Assembly: GCA_046498225.1 (NCBI GenBank)
Contig: JAWOBF010000059.1
Location: forward strand, 32,001-96,000
Direction: 5' to 3'
DNA from: Candidatus Aegiribacteria sp.
GTDB taxonomy: Bacteria; Fermentibacterota; Fermentibacteria; Fermentibacterales; JCC-6
DNA: 64,000 nt
In this document: piece by piece, positions 29,952 to 38,488 of the stretch
How the letters are laid out: every line of letters begins with the position of its first letter
Numbering within the stretch: the first letter of the stretch is position 1
Translations under genes and position numbers: made by a program
The notes under the pieces: model-generated
Told to the model about the DNA's origin: nothing
Database searches by the model: none
The model's input: the letters and a program-made list of their open reading frames with translations, nothing else

Positions 29952-30757
29952 AATCCCTCCCAGTGGGCAAGCGCCCCCCTGACCATGGCCTGAAGGGTCG
30001 GGAGGTCCACCATGGTGGCCGAATCGCTCAGCGCCGCAGCCGGGTCCGGATGGGCCTCGATGAACAGCCCGTCCACTCCCCATGCGGCTCCGGCCCTGGC
30101 CAGCGCCGGAGCGTAACGGCTCCGGCCACCGCTGCTGTCTCCCGCGGCCCCGGGAAGCTGAAGGGAATGTGTCACGTCCAGGATGACCACCGGGGATAAT
30201 TCTCTCATCACCGACAGCGAGCGCATGTCCACCACCAGTTCGCCGTAGCCGAAGAAAGTGCCTCTCTCGGTGAGCCATGCTTCGGGACAGCCGGCGGACA
30301 TCACCTTCTCCACCGCGCCTTTCATGTTCCCGGGAGCCATGAACTGCCCCTTCTTAATGTTCACCGGTCTTCCGGTGCCGCCGGCGGCCTCGAGTATGGA
30401 TGTCTGGCGGCAGAGAAAGGCGGGAACCTGCAGGATGTCCGCCACCTCCCCCACGGGAACCGCCTGAAGCGCGCTGTGAATGTCGGTCATGACCCTTACG
30501 CCGAATCCGGCGGATACCTTCTCCAGTATCCTCAGTCCCTCTTCCATGCCGGGTCCCCGGTAGCCTGCCGGGCTTGTCCTGTTGTCCTTGAGGAACGAGC
30601 CCTTGAATACCCACTCCACCGGATGGTCAAGGCTGCCCATGAGCTGAGAGGTAAAATCGGCCACCTTCATGGCCACCTCCTCCGATTCCAGGCTGCAGGG
30701 ACCGACGATGAACAACGGTTTACTGCAGGGATGTGAAATGATCCACCGCCCTTTCAA
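29948..30757 (-). CDS. kdsA: KDO 8-phosphate synthase
   Basis: GPCSLES, K.NRTS, PAFLCRQT, NIKKGQF, ERG, DVTHS. Confidence 0.95.
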   Translation of the reverse strand: MKGRWIISHPCSKPLFIVGPCSLESEEVAMKVADFTSQLMGSLDHPVEWVFKGSFLKDNRTSPAGYRGPGMEEGLRILEKVSAGFGVRVMTDIHSALQAVPVGEVADILQVPAFLCRQTSILEAAGGTGRPVNIKKGQFMAPGNMKGAVEKVMSAGCPEAWLTERGTFFGYGELVVDMRSLSVMRELSPVVILDVTHSLQLPGAAGDSSGGRSRYAPALARAGAAWGVDGLFIEAHPDPAAALSDSATMVDLPTLQAMVRGALAHWEGL

Positions 30758-31448
30758 GGTCCTCCGGGGTGTCCACCCCTGTTCCGGGGAAGTCTCCCTC
30801 CACCACCATCATCCTTACCCCCGACTCCAGCCAGGCCAGCTGTTCCAGGTCCTCGGTCCGCGAGAGGCGGGTGGAGCCGCAGGAAACGCATCTCTCAAGT
30901 GATTCCGGAGTGAAGGAGTACACACCCACGTGCTCCAGCAGCTGCTCCGCGCCGTGCGGTACCGGGTGCCTCGAGAAATAGAGGGCTTCCCCGTTTTCAG
31001 CCACCGCCACCTTCACCATGTCGGGCGAACCCGCTTCGGCGGCGGGAACCCTTCGGGCCAGCGTCACCACGCGGTCGTCCCCGTGGGGAACCGAGAGCAG
31101 GGGAGCCAGCCAGCCGGGTCCCACCAGCGGCTCGTCCCCCTGGACGTTGATGATTATGCCGCCTGGACGGCCAACGGCGTCCCAGGCCATGAATACTCTC
31201 TCTGTGCCGGAATCGGCCCTGCCGGTCATCACCGCCCGGAACCCGGCCCCTTCCACCGTTTCCCTTATCCGTTCATCGTCCGTGGCCGCCATCACCATGT
31301 CCACGGATCCGGCCACGCCGCGCAGCACCCTGAGGATCATGGGAACCCCAGCCACGTCCGCCAGGGGCTTGCCCGGCAGCCTGGTGGAGGAGAATCTGGC
31401 GGGCACTATCGCCAGTGTAGCGGTATGGCCGGTTATCGTCCCAGCCAT
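30720..31448 (-). CDS. kdsB: CMP-KDO synthetase
   Basis: PARFSSTRLPGKPL, SGTER, NVQGDEP, ALYFSR, LEQL, VDT.EDL. Confidence 0.95.
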   Translation of the reverse strand: MAGTITGHTATLAIVPARFSSTRLPGKPLADVAGVPMILRVLRGVAGSVDMVMAATDDERIRETVEGAGFRAVMTGRADSGTERVFMAWDAVGRPGGIIINVQGDEPLVGPGWLAPLLSVPHGDDRVVTLARRVPAAEAGSPDMVKVAVAENGEALYFSRHPVPHGAEQLLEHVGVYSFTPESLERCVSCGSTRLSRTEDLEQLAWLESGVRMMVVEGDFPGTGVDTPEDLERAVDHFTSLQ

Positions 31449-32536
31449 TTTTCACTGGCCCAGAGGGATACGCTCAGAACGGTCTCTTCCCGGAAGCTGT
31501 CCTGAAAATCCCTCCAGTAACTGTATCCTACGGCCAGGTCCAGTCCTGCGGTTCCCCGGTTGAACGAGTAACCCGCCCCGGCGGAGAGGGTTTGCGCCCC
31601 ATCCCGCCAGAGGCCGTCCATGTAGCTGTAACCGCATCTCGGCTGAATACCTCCGCCGGCGTCCAGTTCGGCTCCCACCGAGTAGATGGTGCCTCCCTCC
31701 GTGCGGCTGCCCATTACGTTCATGGCCTTCCTGCCGAAGATGTCCATTCCGACAAGCAGTTCCCCCACCGGCCTGAACGACAAGCCCGCAGAGACCTCAC
31801 CGGGAATGGTGTAGAAGCTGCTGGTGCTGTCGGCGACCTCGGTAAGACTGAAGGCCCGCTCTACCCGCAGGGTTCCCTTCCTGTCCGTGGAGATGGACAG
31901 GCCCAGACCGAAACGGTCGGTATTGATGAGAAGGCCGGCCACCGCACCCCAGGCCATTCGGAAACGGGCGTCGTCCCTGTAGATTGAGTTGATGGGTATC
32001 GGTGGAACCGAATCGCGGGAAATGAGTTCGACGTCGGAGCGGATGTTTCCGAAGGTGCTCCGTCCCCCCAGAGACAGCCCCAGCCAGTCGCTTGCCCGGA
32101 CCGAAGCGCCCGCGTAGGCCTCCGCCAGCCCGCCGGACCAGGTAAAGTTCCCGGTATGATCGCCGCCCGCATCAATGCCCTCCAGACCGGTGTCGATCCT
32201 GCTCCTGCCCTCGATGGCCCCGGTTATCACCACCCTTCCGGGAAGAGGTATCAGGGCGGCCACCATGGGGAAGCCCAGGCGGTTGTCCCAGGCAGCGTCA
32301 TCGCTTTCACTGTACCTTCCGGTGAAAGCGACGCCCCCCTCCAGCGTCCAGGCGGAGGCGGCGGGATTGAGCATTGTGAAATCGCTGGAGTTGGGTATTC
32401 CGACGCAGACACCTCCCATACCCAGTGATCTGGTGTTTATCGCCAGTATCTCCGAGCCTATACCGTCGGGAGGCGGAAGGTAATCCACCGAGAATATTCC
32501 GGAAAGCGCCGCTATCAGACAGGAAAGAATGGTCAT
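31433..32536 (-). CDS. Outer-membrane beta-barrel, FadL/PorV-like superfamily
   Basis: Signal peptide, RSLGMGG...NPA N-terminal motif, alternating amphipathic strands. Confidence 0.7.
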   Translation of the reverse strand: MTILSCLIAALSGIFSVDYLPPPDGIGSEILAINTRSLGMGGVCVGIPNSSDFTMLNPAASAWTLEGGVAFTGRYSESDDAAWDNRLGFPMVAALIPLPGRVVITGAIEGRSRIDTGLEGIDAGGDHTGNFTWSGGLAEAYAGASVRASDWLGLSLGGRSTFGNIRSDVELISRDSVPPIPINSIYRDDARFRMAWGAVAGLLINTDRFGLGLSISTDRKGTLRVERAFSLTEVADSTSSFYTIPGEVSAGLSFRPVGELLVGMDIFGRKAMNVMGSRTEGGTIYSVGAELDAGGGIQPRCGYSYMDGLWRDGAQTLSAGAGYSFNRGTAGLDLAVGYSYWRDFQDSFREETVLSVSLWASEKWLGR

Positions 32537-32608
32537 ATGTTCCCCCGAGCTGTTCGTTTGTTGCCGTGCCCCCGGATGTATCCTGGAAAGCCGCCCCTTG
32601 TTCCAGGG

Positions 32609-34000
32609 TCAGAGTTCAAAGGATTCACCCCTGGAGGGAATGGAAGGCGCAATTCCAGTCCGCTCCTCTATTCTTCGGGAGAGGACGGTGCTCTGCTCCA
32701 GCTCACCATGGACAAGGAAGATGTTCTCCGCCTCGCCGGCGGTCTTCTCGGCGTAATCCACCAGGGCGTCGGAGTCGGCGTGGGCCGAGAAACCGTTTAT
32801 CACTTCCACACCCGCGTTGACCTGGTACTCCTCGCCGAAGATCCTCACATCTTTCTCGCCCTCCAGAAGCCTTCTGCCAAGTGTATGCTCCGCCATGAAC
32901 CCGACGATAAGGACCGAGTTCCTTTCGTCCTGGATGTTGTTCTTCAGGTGATGCAGTATCCTGCCGTTCTCGCACATTCCGGAGGCGGAGATGATGATCA
33001 TGGGGCTTTCATCGTAATTGAGGGACTTGGAGTCCTCCACGCCCTGGGTGAAATGCAGTCCCTCGAACTGGAAGGGGCTCATCTTGCTGTAGAGATACTC
33101 CCGCATTTGAGAGTCGAAGCATTCCTGATGGATCTTGTAGACCTCCGTGGCATCGAAGGAGAGGGGTGAATCGACGTATACCCTCATGGGAGGCATCTCA
33201 TCCCTGGCCACCAGCTCGTGAATGTAGTAGAGGACCTCCTGGGTCCGTCCCACGCTGAAGGAGGGTATTATCAGCTTGCCGCCGGCGTCGAATGTCTTTC
33301 TTATTATGCCGCTGAACTTCTGGAGCGCCTCCTCCCGCTTACCGTGATTCCTTCCACCGTAGGTGCTTTCCATTATCAGGATGTCGGCCCTGGGACTCAT
33401 GTCGGGGTCCTTGAGTATAGGTCTGCCCGGCCTGCCCAGGTCCCCGGAGAAGAGCAGGGTCCTGCTTGTTCCCTTCTCCCTCACCGTGAGTTCCACCTGG
33501 GCCGACCCCAGTATGTGGCCGGCCTCAACGAATCTGAGGGAGACTTCCGGGAACAGCTGGAATGACCTGTCGTAGGGGATGGACATGAAGTGCTTCAGTG
33601 TCTCCGTAACGTCTTCGGCGGTGTAGAGCGGTTTCAGGGGAGGAAGGTCCTTCCTGGCCCTTTTTTTGTTCAGGTACTCGATATCGTACTTCTGTATGTG
33701 CGCGCTGTCCGGCAGCATTATCGCCGCGAGGTCACGGGTGGCGAAGGTGGAGGTAATCATACCCCCGAAACCCTTCTTCACCGCGGTGGGAAGGTTACCC
33801 GAATGATCGATGTGGGCATGCGACAGGACTATTGCGTCCAGCGTGGCTGGATCGAAGGGCATTTCCCGGTTCAGTTTCTCGCTCTCGTCCCTGTGGCCCT
33901 GATGAAGGCCGCAGTCCAGAAGTATCCTTCTGCCTCCTACCTCCAGCAGATGTTTCGACCCGGTAACCTCCCGGGCGGCTCCGTGGAATGTTATTTTCAT
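32609..34000 (-). CDS. MBL-fold beta-CASP RNA-processing metallo-hydrolase
   Basis: GAAREVTGS, SHAHIDH, AGHILGS, MESTYG, FSVGRTQE, FSAHAD, LVHGE. GGAGG SD before ATG 34000. Confidence 0.95.
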   Translation of the reverse strand: MKITFHGAAREVTGSKHLLEVGGRRILLDCGLHQGHRDESEKLNREMPFDPATLDAIVLSHAHIDHSGNLPTAVKKGFGGMITSTFATRDLAAIMLPDSAHIQKYDIEYLNKKRARKDLPPLKPLYTAEDVTETLKHFMSIPYDRSFQLFPEVSLRFVEAGHILGSAQVELTVREKGTSRTLLFSGDLGRPGRPILKDPDMSPRADILIMESTYGGRNHGKREEALQKFSGIIRKTFDAGGKLIIPSFSVGRTQEVLYYIHELVARDEMPPMRVYVDSPLSFDATEVYKIHQECFDSQMREYLYSKMSPFQFEGLHFTQGVEDSKSLNYDESPMIIISASGMCENGRILHHLKNNIQDERNSVLIVGFMAEHTLGRRLLEGEKDVRIFGEEYQVNAGVEVINGFSAHADSDALVDYAEKTAGEAENIFLVHGELEQSTVLSRRIEERTGIAPSIPSRGESFEL

Positions 34001-34249
34001 GTAATACCTCCAAAGCCCGACTATGTTCACTGAGTTCTCATCGGGCAACCTCGGGTGGGTTCGGGGAACCCGCGGAACCGTATGGACGTTACATACTGCA
34101 GGAAGTATCTTTGCGGGGCGGACGTGTGCGGACAAGGCTTAAAGTTCTGTTAGCATAAATCGCAAGCTGCTGTTCCACAAATATATAACCCATGAATTCA
34201 CGAAAGCAGGCTTTCTACGGCCGGCAACACAATAAGAAGGGATGAATCA

Positions 34250-35968
34250 ATGAAATGTTCTTCTGCCCTACTTGGTTCGCTTCTGCTCGTTCTTCCGGGC
34301 CTGGTCCTGGGAGATACTTCGATGGAGAGGATACTCACCTCCCTCGAGGCGGGGGAGATCAGCGCAATGGAAGCCGCCGGTCTCCTGGAGCAGAGCGTGT
34401 TCGATTACCACGGTCTGCCCTCGCGCTACACTGAAGGCGCCGAAGAGGTGCCCTGCGGCACTCCGGCCCTTGTGGAAGCCTGGCGTCTGGTGGGGGACGA
34501 AGACTCCCCCAAGGCCAACCGGCCGGTTCTCAGCGGACCCCATTACACCATCGACTCCCCCTCGGGCCACTTCAAGATCCACTGGACCGACTCCGGAGTG
34601 GACGCAACCAACCAGACCTACGCCAACTCCATCGCCCTGGCCGCGGATTCCGCGTGGGCTGTCGGGTGCGACCAGATGGGCTTCTACCAGCCACCTCCCG
34701 ACAACGGCGTGGGAGGGGACGACAAGTACGACATCTACGTGATATACATCTCCGGGTCCACTCTGGGCTACACTTCCCCCAGCGGTGAGTACCATCCCCC
34801 AGACTCGACCCAGGACTGCACCGCCAGCCACATCGCCATGAACAACAACATTTCCGGCACCGGGCAGAGGGTCTGCACCGTGGCCCACGAGTTCAAGCAC
34901 GCTGTGCAGTTCAGCTACGACTACAACGAGCCCACCTGGTTCATGGAGAACTGCGCCGTATGGATGGAGGAGATCGTCTACCCCGACATCAACGATTATC
35001 TCGGCTACATAAGTTACGGCGAGAACGCCCTCCGCACCCCCTGGATGGACATACGCTCAGGCTCCATGTACTGGTACGGAGCGTTCACCTGGCCCTGGAT
35101 GATGTGGGACAGATGGGGCTACGAATCGGTACGCACCGTCTGGGAGAACTGCGCCGCGGAAAACGGCAACAACATGCTGGATGCCCACAGTGACATGTTC
35201 GCCGACCACGGCCTCACCTTCAACGAGTTCTTCATGGATTACGGCGCCTGGAGATGGTTCACCGCGGGCAACTGGTTCTCCGGCTGCGGAATGTACAATC
35301 CGGAGTGCGCCCTCTGGAATCCCGGGCCGCGGGTTCTCGCCTTCCATGATTTCAGCGACCTTCCCGCCTCCGGCGATGAGGGACCCTACGAGCCCGATAC
35401 CTGGGGGATCCACTGGATACGCGTGGACCTTGCGGATTACCAGGACGACTGGGTGGAGATGTCCTTCAACGGCAGGGACGGTTTCGAATGGGGCCTGGGT
35501 GTCATAATGCAGGACCTCTCCGGCAGGCTCAGCTTCGAATGGTACGAGTGCGACCCCGCCACCGGCGACAAGACGGTTTCCGTGGGCGGCAGCGGATGGG
35601 ATTACGCCATCTTCTTCCCCGCTTTCCTCGGAATGACGCCTCTGGACCACTACTACTCCTTCGATATCACCTCCACCACCGGCATGGAGGGTTCTCCGGA
35701 GGTAAGCGACCAGCTCAGCCTGGGCGTTTCGTCCAATCCCATGCCGGCCGGAGGGTCCGTCACCTTCCAGATGCCTGAAGCGGGCAGCGCCCAGCTCAAG
35801 GTCTACGACATGAGCGGCAGGGTGGCCGCCACCCTTCTGGACGACAACATTCAGGCCGGGACCCACACGGTCCAGCTCCAGGGAGCGGAACTTTCGAGCG
35901 GCACCTACTTCATAATGCTGTTCGCCGACGGCAGGATGGCCGGACAGAAGATGGTCCTGACAAGGTAA
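34250..35968 (+). CDS. Secreted zincin metalloprotease (MXAN_6640-like) with T9SS type A-like C-terminal domain
   Basis: Signal peptide, CGT, AHEFKHAVQ, WFME..A.W.E; C-terminal NP...L.VYD.SGR...SGTYF. Confidence 0.85.
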   Translation: MKCSSALLGSLLLVLPGLVLGDTSMERILTSLEAGEISAMEAAGLLEQSVFDYHGLPSRYTEGAEEVPCGTPALVEAWRLVGDEDSPKANRPVLSGPHYTIDSPSGHFKIHWTDSGVDATNQTYANSIALAADSAWAVGCDQMGFYQPPPDNGVGGDDKYDIYVIYISGSTLGYTSPSGEYHPPDSTQDCTASHIAMNNNISGTGQRVCTVAHEFKHAVQFSYDYNEPTWFMENCAVWMEEIVYPDINDYLGYISYGENALRTPWMDIRSGSMYWYGAFTWPWMMWDRWGYESVRTVWENCAAENGNNMLDAHSDMFADHGLTFNEFFMDYGAWRWFTAGNWFSGCGMYNPECALWNPGPRVLAFHDFSDLPASGDEGPYEPDTWGIHWIRVDLADYQDDWVEMSFNGRDGFEWGLGVIMQDLSGRLSFEWYECDPATGDKTVSVGGSGWDYAIFFPAFLGMTPLDHYYSFDITSTTGMEGSPEVSDQLSLGVSSNPMPAGGSVTFQMPEAGSAQLKVYDMSGRVAATLLDDNIQAGTHTVQLQGAELSSGTYFIMLFADGRMAGQKMVLTR

Positions 35969-35990
35969 CGGGGCCCGGCAGCAGCTGGTA

Positions 35991-36022
35991 AGGAGCAGGG
36001 GCCCATCCGGGTCCCTGTTCCT
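35991..36022 (+). terminator. Intergenic hairpin (weak terminator or stability element)
   Basis: AGGAGCAGGGGCCC-ATCC-GGGTCCCTGTTCCT with G-U pairs; poor U tract. Confidence 0.5.
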
Positions 36023-36055
36023 GTATTGCACACCGCGGGACAAGGAGCATTCGAA

Positions 36056-37651
36056 ATGAGTTTGATAACGGCGGTATTGATGGCTCTTACGCCAGTCCTG
36101 TTGCCCCCCGCCTACGGAGATGTTCCCACGGAAAGCGGCCCCTGCGGAACGCCGGCGCTGATGGAAGCCTTCCGCCTCATCGGCCCTTCGGGTTACTCGT
36201 CCGCCAGCCGGCCGTCACTGAGCGGCACCGAGCAGACTCTCGATTCTCCCGGGGGGAACTTCAAGATACACTGGACCGATTCAGGTTCCGACTCCACCAC
36301 CAGCGGCTACGCCCTGAGCGTCGCCCTGGCGGCAGATTCCTCCTGGGCTGTACAGTGTGACCAGATGGGTTTCTTCGAGCCTCCCCCGGACAACGGAGTG
36401 GGAGGCGACGACCTCTACGACATATACGTGGTCCACCTGACCGGAGGCGTCATAGGCTACGCCTCCTGCGCGGGAGAGTACCAGCCGCCGGACTCCACCC
36501 ACGACTGCTCGGCCAGCCATATCGTCGTGCACAATGAAATAACGGACATCGGTCAGAGGAACTGCGTGGTGGCCCACGAGTTCCAGCACGCGGTTCAGGC
36601 CTCCTACGATTACGGCGAGGCCATCTGGTTCCTGGAGAACTGCGCCGTCTGGGTCACCGAGGTGGTCTACCCTGACGTGGACGATTACCTGGGATGCATA
36701 GCTTCCGGGGAGAACGCCCTCAGGACCCCCTGGCTGGACATACGGTCCTACTCCTACGGAGGATTCCCCTGGGTATGGATGATGTGGGACAGATGGGGCT
36801 ACGAGTCTGTGCGGGATATCTGGGAGTACTGCGCCGCCGAGCCGGGAAGGAACACTCTGGGCGCCCACGATTCCATGTTCGCCGACCGCGGCATGACCTT
36901 CGAGGAGTTCTTCATGGACTACGGCGTCTGGAGGTGGTTCACCGCCGCCAACTGGTACGACGGTTGCGGAATGTACTGCCAGGAGTCCTCCACATGGCTC
37001 CCCGGACCGAGGGTCCTGCCCTGGCACGAGATAAACGAACTTCCATTCACCGGGGACCAGACCCCCTACTTCCCGCCCGACCGTTACGGAATACACTGGA
37101 TACGGGTGGACCTCGCCAACTACCAGGACGGCTGGATAGAGATGGACTTCGACGGCCGGGACGGTTTCCACTGGAACCTGGGAGTGATACTGCAGGACCT
37201 CTCCGGGGACCATTACTTCCAGTGGCACCAGTGCGATCCGGTAACAGGGGACAAAACCGTCTCGGTCAATGCCGACGGATGGGACTACGCCGTCTTCTTC
37301 CCCGCCTTCATGGACCTGTCCTCTCTGGACCACCTCTACGAATTCACCGTGGACTGCACCAGCGGCATGGAGGGGTCTCCCGACCCGGGAGAGCGGCTGA
37401 GCCTCGACGTATCCTCCAATCCGCTCAGCGGCGCAGGAACCGTCGATCTCACACTTCCGGAAACCGGAATGGCGCGGCTGGAGGTTTACGACGTGACCGG
37501 ACGGCTTGCCCGGACCCTCCTCCGCGAAGAGCTGGACGCCGGCTGCCATACGGTGCAGTTCGAGGACACCGGCCTGACCCCGGGCACCTATTTCGTGGTG
37601 CTGTCCGCCGGCGGAAGCTCGTTCTGCAGAAAGGTGGCTCTGGTCAGGTAG
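36056..37651 (+). CDS. Paralogous secreted zincin metalloprotease with T9SS type A-like C-terminal domain
   Basis: AAGGAG SD, AHEFQHAVQ, collinear similarity to 34250..35968, VYDVTGR...PGTYF tail. Confidence 0.85.
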   Translation: MSLITAVLMALTPVLLPPAYGDVPTESGPCGTPALMEAFRLIGPSGYSSASRPSLSGTEQTLDSPGGNFKIHWTDSGSDSTTSGYALSVALAADSSWAVQCDQMGFFEPPPDNGVGGDDLYDIYVVHLTGGVIGYASCAGEYQPPDSTHDCSASHIVVHNEITDIGQRNCVVAHEFQHAVQASYDYGEAIWFLENCAVWVTEVVYPDVDDYLGCIASGENALRTPWLDIRSYSYGGFPWVWMMWDRWGYESVRDIWEYCAAEPGRNTLGAHDSMFADRGMTFEEFFMDYGVWRWFTAANWYDGCGMYCQESSTWLPGPRVLPWHEINELPFTGDQTPYFPPDRYGIHWIRVDLANYQDGWIEMDFDGRDGFHWNLGVILQDLSGDHYFQWHQCDPVTGDKTVSVNADGWDYAVFFPAFMDLSSLDHLYEFTVDCTSGMEGSPDPGERLSLDVSSNPLSGAGTVDLTLPETGMARLEVYDVTGRLARTLLREELDAGCHTVQFEDTGLTPGTYFVVLSAGGSSFCRKVALVR

Positions 37652-37723
37652 GCCCTCTCCGGCGGTGCATTGGTTATATTCCCGCCTGGACCTCGAATGA
37701 TCCAGCCACACTCCGGAGGAGAT

Positions 37724-38488
37724 ATGTCCAGAACGGTCTTCGCCATGGCGCTTATCATAACGGCAGGATGCGGAAGGGCTGAACAATCGGCGGAATCCGC
37801 TTCGCCGGCCCTTCCGCCACTTCTGATCATTCAGTTCAGGAACACGGAAGAATCCCCGGACCTTCCATGGGGAATATCCCGGGGAAGGAGCGATGTCTCC
37901 TCCTCCATGCTCATCGGACCGGCGGTAAAACCGCCTGCGTACGGTCCCGTGATCCGGGAGACGCTGGACATGGGAATGCTGCTGGCCATGGTGAGCGACA
38001 GCATTACTGACCTGGCCCCCGGCAGCGACGGCATTCTCATTCGGACCGATGACTCAGGAGCAGTCCGTGCTCTCCCCGGGGAGCTGATGGAGAGTTTGCC
38101 TGATTCCATGGAGCTGGACGTGACGAAGAACCATCAGCTCCTTCTGGAGCTGTGGGAGTTCTACAGACCCGATATGATACTCATTGACATCAGCGTGCCC
38201 GACCCGGCCCGGGTTCTCGAGCTGGCGGAGTTCTGGACCTCACCCGGCGTCCTGTCCAGTTATAGGGTGGTCCTGTACTCCCTCTCCCGGTCTCACTGCG
38301 GCAGGGGCTGGTTCGCGGCGGCGGGAAGAGGAATATGCGGGTCCACGCCCAGGGGAGTGACCGAGACCGGTCTCTTCGCCACCGTAAGGATGCTGGCCGG
38401 CCTGGACTGGTTCTCCGGCCTGCCCCGAAGCGTTCCCGCCATGTCGATCATGGAGGACCCGGATGAGGTCTGGAGGACGCTTCCATGA
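37724..38488 (+). CDS. Hypothetical lipoprotein, possibly degenerate alkaline-phosphatase superfamily
   Basis: GGAGG SD, lipobox-like TAGC, C-terminal GWFAAAGRGI...ATVRMLAGL. Confidence 0.55.
   Translation: MSRTVFAMALIITAGCGRAEQSAESASPALPPLLIIQFRNTEESPDLPWGISRGRSDVSSSMLIGPAVKPPAYGPVIRETLDMGMLLAMVSDSITDLAPGSDGILIRTDDSGAVRALPGELMESLPDSMELDVTKNHQLLLELWEFYRPDMILIDISVPDPARVLELAEFWTSPGVLSSYRVVLYSLSRSHCGRGWFAAAGRGICGSTPRGVTETGLFATVRMLAGLDWFSGLPRSVPAMSIMEDPDEVWRTLP

Noticed and set aside
29469..30278. N-terminally extended ORF-track calls (kdsC, HIT, C26 hydrolase, nadA, rpoN, MBL hydrolase, panD, ruvX, M42)
   Set aside because: The extensions overlap upstream genes or intergenic DNA and are not family-like; downstream starts with SD or stop-start overlaps were chosen.
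34015..34050. Hammerhead-like CCGATGAG on the minus strand
   Set aside because: It lacks the CUGANGA and GAAA core and a proper stem II.
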